The notes under the pieces are model-generated. The model was not told where the DNA came from and did not search any database. It was given only the letters and a program-made list of their open reading frames with translations. 64,000 bases of DNA, from contig DATCID010000151.1 of NCBI GenBank assembly GCA_036507975.1, positions 3,120 to 67,119 of the forward strand. Direction: 5' to 3'. Both the position numbers and the translations under genes were made by a program. This stretch comes from Ruminiclostridium sp. Its GTDB lineage: Bacteria; Bacillota; Clostridia; Acetivibrionales; DSM-1351. The stretch's first letter is position 1; each line of letters starts with the position of its first letter. Positions 1 through 10,589 of the stretch are shown piece by piece.

Positions 1-1057
1 GAATTCTTGCACCAGCTGATACCATATCTGCCAATGCACCATTTTGTGCAAGCATAGTCAATACCTGTTTTGAGCCTGGTGAAATAACCAAGCTTACATT
101 AGTATTTATTGTTTTTCCTTTTAATATAGCTGCGACCTTCATCATATCCATATATGAAGAATTTGTGCAGCTTCCAATAGCAACCTGATCAACCTTTATT
201 TTACCGATAGCAGAAATTTTTTCTACATTATCTGGACTGTGAGGCTTTGCTGCCATTGGCTCAATTGTTGCTAAATCTATAACTATATGTTCATCATATT
301 TTGCATCTGCATCTGGCAAAAACTCTATCCAATCCTGCTCTCTATCCTGTGCTTTTAAGAATGCCAGTGTAACATCATCACTTGGAAATATTGAAGTAGT
401 AGCTCCCAATTCAGCTCCCATATTTGTGATGGTAGCTCTTTCTGGAACAGTAAGAGTTTTGATGCCTTCTCCAGCATATTCTATCACTTTACCTATTCCA
501 CCCTTTACAGAGAGTACTCTTAAAACCTCTAGAATAATGTCTTTTGCAGTTGACCAAGCACTGAGTTTTCCCTTTAATTCAACCTTGCAGACCTTTGGCA
601 TCGGTAGGTAGTACGGTCCGCCACCCATTGCAACTGCTACATCAAGTCCCCCTGCGCCTATAGCTAGCATTCCAATTCCACCGCCGGTTGGTGTATGGCT
701 ATCTGACCCAAGCAACGTCATACCTGGTGCTCCAAATCTTTCTAGCTGTACCTGATGGCATATACCATTTCCAGGCTTTGAAAAATATACACCATGCTTT
801 GAAGCTACGCTCTGAATATATTTATGATCATCAGCATTTTCAAAACCAGCTTGTAGAGTATTGTGATCAATATATGCAACTGATTTCTTTGTCTTTACTC
901 TAGGCAGTCCAATTGCTTCAAACTGCAAATATGCCATTGTACCTGTCGAATCCTGTGTAAGCGTTTGGTCAATCTTAATTGATATTTCACCACCAGTAAC
1001 CATTTCGCCACTAACTATGTGATTTTTAATTATTTTTTGTGCCAAATTTAGACCCAT
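1..1057 (-). CDS. Aconitate hydratase, 5' part (runs off the window start)
   Basis: Not in the ORF track. Manual translation from ATG at 1057 (SD GGAGGT) gives MGLNLAQKIIKNH...DQTLTQDSTGTMA...IDHN...GNGICHQ...GSDSHTPTGGG, which are aconitase motifs. Confidence 0.9.
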   Translation of the reverse strand, partial: MGLNLAQKIIKNHIVSGEMVTGGEISIKIDQTLTQDSTGTMAYLQFEAIGLPRVKTKKSVAYIDHNTLQAGFENADDHKYIQSVASKHGVYFSKPGNGICHQVQLERFGAPGMTLLGSDSHTPTGGGIGMLAIGAGGLDVAVAMGGGPYYLPMPKVCKVELKGKLSAWSTAKDIILEVLRVLSVKGGIGKVIEYAGEGIKTLTVPERATITNMGAELGATTSIFPSDDVTLAFLKAQDREQDWIEFLPDADAKYDEHIVIDLATIEPMAAKPHSPDNVEKISAIGKIKVDQVAIGSCTNSSYMDMMKVAAILKGKTINTNVSLVISPGSKQVLTMLAQNGALADMVSAGARI

Positions 1058-1217
1058 TTTTTTAACCTCCAAATATATTGTCTTTTTTATATCTATATTT
1101 TGTCGTTAGGCAATAATTAAAGTTATTAAACACTGCCATTTATAATAATAACATTTTCAAATACAAAAGCCATCATATGATTTAATATTTAACATTCAAA
1201 CTTCACCAAATAGAAAT

Positions 1218-2597
1218 CTATTTATTAACAGCAATCAAGCTTGGTTCTATTTCATGTATACCCTTTAACATTTCTTTATCGCTAATAGATGTATTTCTAC
1301 CTTCTTGATACTCAGCATCAATCCATTCTTTAATTTTTATAACTCTTTCATCTTTTTTATCAATTATAGCTTTTCCAGACAAACAAAAAGTATTATTTAT
1401 CCAAAGCGCTATCCCTGCAAGACCTGAAGTCTGAGTAATTGCCACCCCAATTGGTCTGTTTAACAATTTAGCCGTATTAAAAATATTGTATATTTCCTCA
1501 TCCTTTAGAAGTCCGTCAGCATGAATTCCTGCCTGAGTAACATTGAAATGCTTTCCCACGAAAGGTGTTCTAGGAGGAATCTCGTAGTCAAGATCTTTTT
1601 CATAGTACTCAGCTATTTCTGATATTACTGTAGTATCCATTCCATCTGTTGTTCCTCTAAGTGAAGCATACTCAAATACCATTGCCTCAAGCGGTGTATT
1701 TCCAGTACGTTCACCAATTCCAAGAAGTGAACAATTTACAGAAGAACATCCATATAACCATGCAGTTGCAGAATTACATACCGCTTTATGGAAATCATTA
1801 TGCCCATGCCATTCTATCAGTTCGCTTGGGAATCCTGCATGATGCCTGAGTCCATAAATTATTCCAGGCACACTTCTAGGCAAAGCAGCTCCTGGAAATG
1901 TAACACCATATCCCATAGTATCGCATGCTCTCAATTTTATCGGAATTCCACTCTCATCCATCAGCTTTCTCAGCTCTACCGCAAAAGGAACAACAAAACC
2001 ATAAAAGTCAGCCCTTGTTATATCTTCTAAATGACATCTCGGCCTAATTCCAAAGGCAATAGCCTCTTTAATAACACTCAAATAGCTCTCCATGGCCTGC
2101 TTCCTGGTCTTTTTCAGCTTTCTAAATATATGGTAATCAGAACAACTGACTAAGAAACCGGTCTCTTTCATCCCCATTTCCTTTGCGAGATTAAAATCGC
2201 TCTTTGATGCTCTAATCCAGCTAGTCACTTCAGGGAATTTATATCCCTTTTCCATACATTTATATACTGCTTCTTTGTCCTTGTCGCTATAAAGAAAAAA
2301 TTCTGTCTGGCGAATTATGCCTTTGGGTCCACCTAACTTGTGAAGGTAGTCATATAGTGTAACAATCTGATCAACAGTATATGGTGCTCTTGATTGCTGC
2401 CCATCTCTAAAAGTAGTGTCTGTTAACCAAATTTCATCAGCTGGGTACATTGGAACTTTACGATGATTAAATGTACATTTAGGCACTTCATCGTAACTGT
2501 AAATCTCCCTATAAAGATTGGGTTCTGAAATATCCTGTAGAGAATATTTGTACTGAGTTTGCTCAAGTGTATTTGACTTTTTATTAAACTCAATCAT
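1218..2597 (-). CDS. Re-citrate synthase (LeuA/DRE-TIM family)
   Basis: DTTFRDGQQ, HGHND and GIGERTGN motifs; directly upstream of aconitase. Likely start is MIEFNKK (ATG 2597) after GGAGGT. Confidence 0.8.
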   Translation of the reverse strand: MIEFNKKSNTLEQTQYKYSLQDISEPNLYREIYSYDEVPKCTFNHRKVPMYPADEIWLTDTTFRDGQQSRAPYTVDQIVTLYDYLHKLGGPKGIIRQTEFFLYSDKDKEAVYKCMEKGYKFPEVTSWIRASKSDFNLAKEMGMKETGFLVSCSDYHIFRKLKKTRKQAMESYLSVIKEAIAFGIRPRCHLEDITRADFYGFVVPFAVELRKLMDESGIPIKLRACDTMGYGVTFPGAALPRSVPGIIYGLRHHAGFPSELIEWHGHNDFHKAVCNSATAWLYGCSSVNCSLLGIGERTGNTPLEAMVFEYASLRGTTDGMDTTVISEIAEYYEKDLDYEIPPRTPFVGKHFNVTQAGIHADGLLKDEEIYNIFNTAKLLNRPIGVAITQTSGLAGIALWINNTFCLSGKAIIDKKDERVIKIKEWIDAEYQEGRNTSISDKEMLKGIHEIEPSLIAVNK

Positions 2598-2667
2598 TTT
2601 AGCACCTCCAGAAAAGAATATGAAAGAAATCATATCTAAAAAATATGTTCTTATGTATATCTGTGTT

Positions 2668-2696
2668 ATTGTATACAATTATACAATCCGTGTCAA
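2668..2696 (-). promoter_or_regulatory. SigA promoter overlapped by a GntR/FadR-type operator palindrome
   Basis: Minus strand TTGACA-N17-TACAAT; perfect palindrome ATTGTATACAAT at 2668-2679 covers the -10. Confidence 0.55.
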
Positions 2697-2975
2697 TATC
2701 ATTGTAAATTTCAATTAAAGTATCAATATTGTCAGTACATGCAGGAAAAAATCATATATGCAATCAAATTTCGAATAATTTTATCTATAATTGAACAAAA
2801 TTATGTAAGTATACTATAAATTTATTATTGTTATCTTGAAGAGATGTAACAAAAGCTTTGAAGCATTTGACATAAGGTAATACTTAAATTACCAATTTTA
2901 TTATTCATATAATACAAATGTAAAAAATATGGTAATTGTTTAATTACTTAATTACTTAATTTATTGGAGGTCTAT

Positions 2976-5042
2976 ATGGACAAACTTAAAAATGCCGTGG
3001 AAGATCGTGAAATCAGTTGGCTTAGATATAACGAGCGAGTACTAGAAGAAGCTCAATACAAAAAGAACCCGCTCTACGAAAGACTTCATTTTATTTCGAT
3101 ATTCTGCAACAATCTGGATGAGTTTTTTATGATAAGAGACGGTACTTTGATTGACACATATAATTTTGAGAAAAATGCAGGTTATAAAAAAGAGAAAAAA
3201 GAAACAAAGGAAAAGCTTAAATCTATATCAAAATTTACAAAAGAACTGCTAGCTAAAAAAGACTTAGTATATGCTGAAATTATGCAGCAGCTACAAGTCA
3301 ATTCTTTTAACCAGATCACCGCTGAAAACATTACAGATGATGAGCACAATTACCTCCGTGTATATTTTGAAAAACAAATTTCTCCGGTGTTATCTCCAGT
3401 AATTATTGACAAAAAGCAACGTTTCCCTTTCGTAAAGAACAAGCAAATGATTGTAGCAACTTCATTTGAATCAAAAGATGATCCAAAAATGGGAATTGTT
3501 CCTATTCAAACAACATTGCCAAGTATTATTTTTATTCCCAATACTGGTATTCTTACATTTATTCTTGTAGAAGATTTAATTTGCATGTTTATTGAGGGCA
3601 TTTTTAAAAAACATACAGTTAGCGACAAAGCAATTATAAGAATTACAAGAAATGCCGACATTGATGATGATGAAGTGTTATGTGATGATGATATTGATTC
3701 TAACGAATCAATGATGCAGTTAATAAAAATCCGTGCAAAAATGGCACCTGTTCGCATGGAATGTATCGGCAATTTTGAAAATAGAGCCATAATCGATATC
3801 AGAAAGGCTCTTGACCTTGATAAGAATCAGGTTTTTTGTCAAAGTTCACCTCTTGATATGTCATTTATACAAGAATTAAAGGTCAAGATCCCACAACAAA
3901 CAAATAGTACACTGTATTACTTGCCGTTAACTCCTCAAAAATTACCTCAAATTGATGAAAATGAGCCTATGATCAATCAAATTATGAGAAAAGATATCTT
4001 GCTTGCATATCCTTTTGAAGATATTTCACAATTTATAAAATTGATTGATGAAGCTGGAATAGATAATCGTGTTCAATCTATTAAAATAACTATTTTTAGA
4101 GCAGCGGAAAACTCTAAGATTATAGATTCATTAATAAAAGCAGCCAAGAATGGCAAGGAGGTTATCTGTGTTGTTGAGTTGAGAGCAAGATTTGATGAAA
4201 CTGAAAATATAGGATGGGCAAAAAAGTTAGAAAACGGAGGTTGCAAAGTTGTTTATGGGTTACCTGAATTTAAGGTACATTCAAAAATAATGCTTATAAC
4301 CTTAAACAATGATAATCAACAAGAATATATTACACAAATAGGTACAGGAAATTATAATGAAACTACCTCTATGGTTTATTGCGATCTTTCTCTTATTACA
4401 GCACATCAAGAAATTGGTGCGGAATGTGCAGCAGTCTTTGAAAAGCTACAAGAGGGTAAGTTTATAGAAAGCACAAAGCATCTACTTGTAGCCCCTCTGT
4501 GTTTCGAAAATAGAATAGTTGAATTAATAGATGATGAAATAGCAAAAGCAAAAGATGGCAAAAATGCATCAATAACCCTGAAATTTAATGGTTTATCAGA
4601 CAAAAGCCTGATTAAAAAATTGATAGAAGCTTCCCAATGCGGGGTAAAAATACAATTCATAATTAGAGACGTTTGTTGTCTCAAAGCAGGTGTTGAGGGA
4701 ATAACAGAAAATATAAATGTGAGAAGCATTGTAGGTAGATTTCTCGAACATTCAAGGATCTATAAGTTTGGCGAAGGAAGCGACAGCTGCGTTTATATTT
4801 CCTCTGCCGATTTTATGAAAAGAAATACTGCTCATCGAGTAGAAATCGCAGTTCCGATTTACGATGCAGATTGTAAGGAAAAGGTCTGTCATATGCTTGA
4901 CATGATGCTAAAGGATAATATGAAAGCAAGAATCCAAATGCCAGATGGTCAATATGATCTTACACAAAAAGGGGATACTGATAAGGAAATTGATTATCAG
5001 GTTGAAGTGTTTAACGAGGCAATATGCAAAAATAATCAATGA
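2976..5042 (+). CDS. ppk1: Polyphosphate kinase 1 (copy A)
   Basis: REISWLRYNERVL, NLDEFFMIR, ELRARFDE, KVHSK and RFLEHSR motifs; ATG 2976 after GGAGG. Confidence 0.92.
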   Translation: MDKLKNAVEDREISWLRYNERVLEEAQYKKNPLYERLHFISIFCNNLDEFFMIRDGTLIDTYNFEKNAGYKKEKKETKEKLKSISKFTKELLAKKDLVYAEIMQQLQVNSFNQITAENITDDEHNYLRVYFEKQISPVLSPVIIDKKQRFPFVKNKQMIVATSFESKDDPKMGIVPIQTTLPSIIFIPNTGILTFILVEDLICMFIEGIFKKHTVSDKAIIRITRNADIDDDEVLCDDDIDSNESMMQLIKIRAKMAPVRMECIGNFENRAIIDIRKALDLDKNQVFCQSSPLDMSFIQELKVKIPQQTNSTLYYLPLTPQKLPQIDENEPMINQIMRKDILLAYPFEDISQFIKLIDEAGIDNRVQSIKITIFRAAENSKIIDSLIKAAKNGKEVICVVELRARFDETENIGWAKKLENGGCKVVYGLPEFKVHSKIMLITLNNDNQQEYITQIGTGNYNETTSMVYCDLSLITAHQEIGAECAAVFEKLQEGKFIESTKHLLVAPLCFENRIVELIDDEIAKAKDGKNASITLKFNGLSDKSLIKKLIEASQCGVKIQFIIRDVCCLKAGVEGITENINVRSIVGRFLEHSRIYKFGEGSDSCVYISSADFMKRNTAHRVEIAVPIYDADCKEKVCHMLDMMLKDNMKARIQMPDGQYDLTQKGDTDKEIDYQVEVFNEAICKNNQ

Positions 5043-5087
5043 AATTTCTGGGTGCTTCCCTATGAGAAAGTGTAAAGAGGGCTAAAA

Positions 5088-5792
5088 ATGATTCTAAAAA
5101 TTGTTGTAATTATATTAAGAAGCATCGCAGCTTATACTGTTTTGTTGCTTCTTGCAAGATTAATCGGCAGAAAGATAATATCAAGAATAACCTTTTTTGA
5201 CTTTGTAGTTGGGATTACCTTGGGCTCCTTAGCTGTTCGCATTTCGTTAGGCAATGAGGGCTCTTTTATTATGGGAATTGTTTCTGCAATCACGATAACT
5301 GCTTTGGTTTTAATCACAGATTTCCTTAACCTAAAGAGCGCTATCTTTAGAAAGCTTGAAGAGGGGATGCCCAGTGTTTTAATTAAAGAAGGCAGCATAT
5401 TAGATTACAATATGTACAAAACTAAAATCAGCATAAGTGAGCTGCTAATGCTTTTGAGGCAAAAAGGTGTTTTTAATATTCAGGATGTGGACTATGCCAT
5501 CATAGAAAATGATGGCCAACTCTCTGTATTGTTAAAACCTGATAAATTAGCTGCAACAACTTGTGACTTAAATATTTCAAAGGCTCAGAACAAGTTGTCA
5601 ATTGACATAATTATTGACGGCAAAATAATTTATTCTAATTTAAAATCGAGTAATCATGACGAAACATGGCTTAGACAACAGCTGATTTTTTTTGGAGTTA
5701 ATGAAATAAAGAATGTATTCTATGCTGCCATTAGCAATTCAGACAGCCTATTTGTTTCAACCTATCATGTAAAGAATGGAGAAAACCAATGA
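5088..5792 (+). CDS. DUF421 (YetF-like) membrane protein
   Basis: N-terminal TM helices with GRKIISRITFFDFVVGITLGS; LRQKGVFNIQDVDYAIIENDGQLS. Confidence 0.85.
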   Translation: MILKIVVIILRSIAAYTVLLLLARLIGRKIISRITFFDFVVGITLGSLAVRISLGNEGSFIMGIVSAITITALVLITDFLNLKSAIFRKLEEGMPSVLIKEGSILDYNMYKTKISISELLMLLRQKGVFNIQDVDYAIIENDGQLSVLLKPDKLAATTCDLNISKAQNKLSIDIIIDGKIIYSNLKSSNHDETWLRQQLIFFGVNEIKNVFYAAISNSDSLFVSTYHVKNGENQ

Positions 5793-6694
5793 AATATGCA
5801 GTTGTGGATCTTGGTTCAAATAGTATTCGCATGTCAATTTATGATCAAACAAATGACAATTTAAATTGTATTTTAAGTCAGAAGGAACTCATAGGAATAA
5901 TTGCATACGAAAAACATGGAATTCTTGCTGAAAATGGAATAATTCGTATTTTAGAAACATTAAAATCTTTTTTAAATACTTCTAAAATAATAGGCAGCGA
6001 TCTTTTTTTCTGCTTTGCTACTGCAAGTTTAAGAAATATAAAAAATACGGAAGAAGTTATCAAAAGGGTCAAAAGCGAGACAGGCGTGGAAATCAATTTA
6101 ATTAGCGGTCAAGATGAGGCAAGGCTTGACTTTCTAGGTGCCTACGGATGCTTAAACTTTAATGATGGACTTATTATAGATATGGGGGGTGGCAGCACCG
6201 AAATTATTCGATTTGAAAACGGAGCCATTCTAAATCTCATCAGTCTACCTTTTGGAAGTTTGTATTTATATGAAAAATATGTAAATGAAATCACACCTGA
6301 TAAAAAAGAAATTAATTTGATAAAAAGTTTTGTAGCAAAGCAACTTGTCGATATTGAATGGCTACCCAATAGTTGTAACAACGTATGCCTCATTGGAGGG
6401 ACAGCGAGAGCAATTGCACGCCTCCATCAAGAATTATTTTCAAGGCAAAAGGAAAATTTGCAAGGCTACACCTTTGATACTAAAGACATAAAGTTGTTGA
6501 TTAATGCCGTAGATCCCTCTGAAAATGGCGGAATAAAATTGATGATAAGAGTATCTCCTGAAAGACTTCATACCATAATCCCAGGACTAATTGCTTTTTC
6601 AAAAATACTGAAATTATCAGGCTGCAAAACAATAACCATAAGCAAAAATGGTGTTCGCGAAGGTTACTTAGAAGAACACGTTTTAAATAAGTAA
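5789..6694 (+). CDS. ppx: Exopolyphosphatase, Ppx/GppA family (short form)
   Basis: DLGSNSIR, ATASLR, EARL, DMGGGSTE and GVREG motifs; 301 aa with no C-terminal HD domain. Confidence 0.88.
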   Translation: MKYAVVDLGSNSIRMSIYDQTNDNLNCILSQKELIGIIAYEKHGILAENGIIRILETLKSFLNTSKIIGSDLFFCFATASLRNIKNTEEVIKRVKSETGVEINLISGQDEARLDFLGAYGCLNFNDGLIIDMGGGSTEIIRFENGAILNLISLPFGSLYLYEKYVNEITPDKKEINLIKSFVAKQLVDIEWLPNSCNNVCLIGGTARAIARLHQELFSRQKENLQGYTFDTKDIKLLINAVDPSENGGIKLMIRVSPERLHTIIPGLIAFSKILKLSGCKTITISKNGVREGYLEEHVLNK

Positions 6695-6740
6695 AAATTT
6701 AATTATATTTGCTATGCTAATAATAACATCGGAGGCTAGT

Positions 6741-8783
6741 ATGGACGGGTTGTATTTTAATCGCGAATTGTCTTGGCTAAAGTTTAATGAAAGGGTTTTG
6801 GAAGAATCATTTGATCCACGTAATCCTCTTTTTGAACGCCTAAAATTTTTATCAATTTATTCATCAAATCTCGATGAATTTTGTATGGTAAGAGTTGGTA
6901 GCCTATTTGACCAAATAGGGAATGAAATTTTTGAAAATAAAACTAACATGACACCCAAAGAACAAATAGATGCCATAAATAACGAAATCTCAAAATTTTG
7001 CCCTTTAAGGGATAAGGCATATTTTGAAATTATGGACGGATTTTCAAAAAACTCTTTGACACATGTACAGTTTAAATCACTTGGCAAAAAGGATAAGCTG
7101 GCAGTAAAAGAGTATTTTAAGCATCAGGTGTTACCACTGCTATCACCACAGATTGTTGACGCAAGGCATCCATTTCCAAGCCTTGAGAATAAAGCAATAT
7201 ATGTTGTAAGCAGCTTGAATGGCAAAAAAAAGACTTTCTTTGGTATCATACCATTGCCTCATAATCTTGAACGCATCTATATGATACCTAATAAGAAAAA
7301 ATTTCTCCTTTTAGAGGATATTATTTTAATTTATGCAAATTTATTATTTGGTATTTATGAAGTTCAAAGCAAGGCTGTCATTCGAGTTACGCGCAATGCG
7401 GATTTTGATATTGACGATGACTTATTTGAAGAAAATGCCGACTATGTCAATTATATGACAGATATTATTAAAAGACGCGGGAAACAAGCACCGGTACGCT
7501 TTGAAATAAGCAATTGTAAAAACAATGAAATAACCAATTTCTTTTTGTCAAAGTTAAATCTTGAAAAAGTTCAGTGTTTTAAACTAAATTCTCCATTAGA
7601 CCTTGGTTTTGTTTATGATCTTGAAAATTACTTTGATACAGATATCGAAAAAAAATTGGTTTACAATCCGCTAAGGCCTCAGTGGCCTGCACGTTTAAAA
7701 CATGGAAATATCATGAAACAGATTTTGCATAAAGATGTGCTTCTCTCTTTTCCTTTTGAAAGTATGCAGCCATTTGTTGAGTTGATAAGAGAAGCCTCAC
7801 AAGACACTAATGTCGTTTCTATTAAAATAACCCTCTATCGTATTGGTATGCAATCATTAATCGCACAATATCTGTGTGATGCAGCTGAAAATGGAAAAGA
7901 AGTGACTGTAGCAATAGAACTCCAGGCAAGGTTTGATGAGCAAAATAATATTCAGTGGTCAAAAATAATGGAGCAAGCCGGCTGTAAAATCATCTATGGT
8001 GTGCAAGAATATAAAGTGCACAGCAAAATTATGCTAATCACAAGGAAAACTGACCACGAGCTTAAGCATATCACGCATATCGGTACAGGTAACTATAATG
8101 AAAAGACAGCCCGCTTATATACGGATATTGGAATATTAACTGCCAACAATGAAATTGGAGATGATGCTGTGAAATTCTTTCAGAACATTGCAATTGGCAA
8201 TATTGAAGGAGAGTATAAACACTTGCTTGTTGCACCCACAGGGCTGAAAAACAGGATTATTAAACTTATTCAAGAAGAAATAGTTAAAAAGAAAATGGGA
8301 AAGCCTGCACGAATAATTGCAAAAATGAACAGTCTTACTGATAAGGACGTGATAGACAGCCTTATAGCGGCTTCTCAGGCAGGTGTTAAAATAAGCCTTA
8401 TTATTCGCGGAATCTGCTGTCTAAAACCTAGTGTAGATAATTACACTGATAATATTGAAGTTAAAAGTATTGTGGGAAGGTTTCTTGAACATTCAAGGAT
8501 TTATTGTTTTGGAGAAGGTGAAGAAACAAAAGTTTATATAGCTTCGGCAGATATGATGACAAGAAACACGTCGAGGAGAGTTGAAATTGCCGCTCCTATT
8601 TTAGATAAAAGTATTGTCGCTCGCTTAATTGACATGTTCAATATTATACTTCAAGACAATGTAAAATCCAGACTACTAGAGTCAGATGGAACTTATGTTT
8701 ATTTTAAAAATAGTCAAGAAAAGCTTGATAGTCAAATGTATTTTTATGAAGAAGCTTATAACAATTCTGTCGCAAAAGCCTAG
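6741..8783 (+). CDS. ppk1: Polyphosphate kinase 1 (copy B)
   Basis: NRELSWLKFNERVL, ELQARFDE, KVHSK, GTGNYN and RFLEHSR motifs; ATG 6741 after GGAGG. Confidence 0.92.
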   Translation: MDGLYFNRELSWLKFNERVLEESFDPRNPLFERLKFLSIYSSNLDEFCMVRVGSLFDQIGNEIFENKTNMTPKEQIDAINNEISKFCPLRDKAYFEIMDGFSKNSLTHVQFKSLGKKDKLAVKEYFKHQVLPLLSPQIVDARHPFPSLENKAIYVVSSLNGKKKTFFGIIPLPHNLERIYMIPNKKKFLLLEDIILIYANLLFGIYEVQSKAVIRVTRNADFDIDDDLFEENADYVNYMTDIIKRRGKQAPVRFEISNCKNNEITNFFLSKLNLEKVQCFKLNSPLDLGFVYDLENYFDTDIEKKLVYNPLRPQWPARLKHGNIMKQILHKDVLLSFPFESMQPFVELIREASQDTNVVSIKITLYRIGMQSLIAQYLCDAAENGKEVTVAIELQARFDEQNNIQWSKIMEQAGCKIIYGVQEYKVHSKIMLITRKTDHELKHITHIGTGNYNEKTARLYTDIGILTANNEIGDDAVKFFQNIAIGNIEGEYKHLLVAPTGLKNRIIKLIQEEIVKKKMGKPARIIAKMNSLTDKDVIDSLIAASQAGVKISLIIRGICCLKPSVDNYTDNIEVKSIVGRFLEHSRIYCFGEGEETKVYIASADMMTRNTSRRVEIAAPILDKSIVARLIDMFNIILQDNVKSRLLESDGTYVYFKNSQEKLDSQMYFYEEAYNNSVAKA

Positions 8784-8862
8784 TGTAGTTTACAAAAATG
8801 CTAAATTCATTTTATATCAATTGGCAAAAATTGAGTAAATCAGAGAATCTAATGAGAATTAA

Positions 8863-8890
8863 GAAGGATTTTACTTTTCTTTGTAGAATA
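8863..8890 (+). promoter_or_regulatory. Possible SigH-type promoter of the MCP gene
   Basis: GAAGGA-N17-GAAT arrangement about 60 nt upstream of the ATG. Confidence 0.4.
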
Positions 8891-8947
8891 CTAGAAATGT
8901 ATGTTATATACAAATACATTCTTAGCTAAGTTTCGGAGGGAATATTT

Positions 8948-10201
8948 ATGAAAAAATCAGAGTCAGGTAGTACCTCAGGTAATCATTTAGTACTAGTTTC
9001 TGTGACAAACAGTGTTATATTGTGTGTTATCGGTGGTATTATAAGTAAAAGTCCAACTGTTGCTTTTATTGTTCTTTTTGCTTGTTTTGTATCCTGTTTT
9101 CTTTTGGCTTTTATGACAGGGCTACAATATAAGAGTACCACTAAACAGTTTTCAGGAGATATTGAAGGTTTCAAAACTGGTGACTTTTCCAGGATGATTG
9201 AACCAAAAAGATATGGCATTTTAGCTTTTGTTGCTTCAGCTGTTAATTTTGTTATAAGTGATATTCGTTCACTTATAGAGAGTTTTTTCAATCTCTCCAT
9301 CTCCATTACTCAAGCGTCTAGAAAAGTTACTTCAACATCTGAAAATGCTACCCTTGCAATTCAGGAGATATCTAAGACTATTGATGAGATAGCAAAGGGT
9401 GCATCCTCCCAAGCAGAAGAGGCTCAGTTAGGAGTACAGGTTGTTGATAAGCTTTCTGATCAAATAAATTTTGTTTATGAAAGCTATAGTGGCATTACAA
9501 ACGAGACAAATAAAATCATCGACTTGAATACTGTGGGTCTCAAAGCCGTTACAATCCTGAGAGAGAAATCAAAAGAAACATATGAAACCTCAGAAAAAAT
9601 ATTTGCAGTAGTAGAAAATCTAACGAATACAACAAAAGATATTGGTATATTCGTTGAATCTATTGAAAATATTGCTGAGCAAACAAACTTATTAGCGCTC
9701 AATGCTGCTATTGAAGCTGCTAGGGCAGGTGAAGCTGGAAGAGGCTTTGCAGTTGTTGCTGACGAGGTTCGTAAGCTAGCAGATCAGAGTAGAAAATCTA
9801 CTGAAGAGATTAATAATATGATGCAAAGTATTCAGGAAGAATCTGCTTTGGCCATCTCTTCTATGGAAATCATGAAGAAAGTTTCTCAAGACCAAAACTT
9901 GGCAGTTGACAAAACTAATAGCTCCTTTAATGATATTGCAAATGCAATAGAATACATCGTAGCAAAAATTAACGATGTAAATAAAGCAGTTATTAAGATG
10001 CAAGACGACAAGAGTGAAGTTATTAGTGCAATTGAAAACATCTCTTCTGTATCTCAGCAAACCGCAGCATCAAGTCAAGAAGTTGCAGCTACCACAGAAA
10101 GTCAACTTAAGACTCTCGATGATATGAAGATTGCTGCTCAAGGTTTGGATCAATTGGTAAAGCAATTGGATATAAAATTGAAGAAATATAAGCTTAGATA
10201 A
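8948..10201 (+). CDS. Methyl-accepting chemotaxis protein
   Basis: [37 protein letters not shown] signalling motif; two N-terminal TM segments with almost no extracellular domain. Confidence 0.95.
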   Translation: MKKSESGSTSGNHLVLVSVTNSVILCVIGGIISKSPTVAFIVLFACFVSCFLLAFMTGLQYKSTTKQFSGDIEGFKTGDFSRMIEPKRYGILAFVASAVNFVISDIRSLIESFFNLSISITQASRKVTSTSENATLAIQEISKTIDEIAKGASSQAEEAQLGVQVVDKLSDQINFVYESYSGITNETNKIIDLNTVGLKAVTILREKSKETYETSEKIFAVVENLTNTTKDIGIFVESIENIAEQTNLLALNAAIEAARAGEAGRGFAVVADEVRKLADQSRKSTEEINNMMQSIQEESALAISSMEIMKKVSQDQNLAVDKTNSSFNDIANAIEYIVAKINDVNKAVIKMQDDKSEVISAIENISSVSQQTAASSQEVAATTESQLKTLDDMKIAAQGLDQLVKQLDIKLKKYKLR

Positions 10202-10221
10202 TTTTAAAATACTACATAGCA

Positions 10222-10266
10222 AAAGAAGCATCATTTTAGCCATATCAAGCTAAGTGATGCTTCTTT
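10222..10266. terminator. Bidirectional hairpin terminator
   Basis: AAAGAAGCATCA...TGATGCTTCTTT inverted repeat between convergent genes. Confidence 0.7.
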
Positions 10267-10278
10267 AAAAATCATTTC

Positions 10279-10476
10279 TTATTTATTATCTTGTTTAGTG
10301 TCTTCAACATTAGAATCACGCTTACTATGTGCTGTCTTATTTTTTTCGCGTAGTGCATCGCTTATCAGATACTCTATTTGACCATTCACAGACCGAAATT
10401 CATCATCAGCCCACTTACATATTTCTTCCCATACTCTGGGGCTTAACCTAAGTAATATAGACTTTTTTTCTGCCAT
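10279..10476 (-). CDS. Arc-family ribbon-helix-helix DNA-binding protein
   Basis: KKSILLRLSP...WADDEFRSVNGQIEYLI; follows the SPFH gene. Confidence 0.8.
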   Translation of the reverse strand: MAEKKSILLRLSPRVWEEICKWADDEFRSVNGQIEYLISDALREKNKTAHSKRDSNVEDTKQDNK

Positions 10477-10481
10477 AACCT

Positions 10482-10570
10482 AACAACCTCCATGAACCAC
10501 AATAGCGGTCACATAATGTAATGAAACAGCCACACTTCATACGCTACAAGGCGAATAAAGGAGGTTATTT
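10482..10570 (-). repeat. SD-carrying dispersed element, copy A (full length)
   Basis: Sense: AATAACCTCCTTTATTCGCCTTGTAGCG...GTGACCGCTATTGTGGTTCATGGAGGTTGTT, then the Arc gene ATG. Confidence 0.8.
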
Positions 10571-10589
10571 AGCCATGCGCGCCTTTTCC

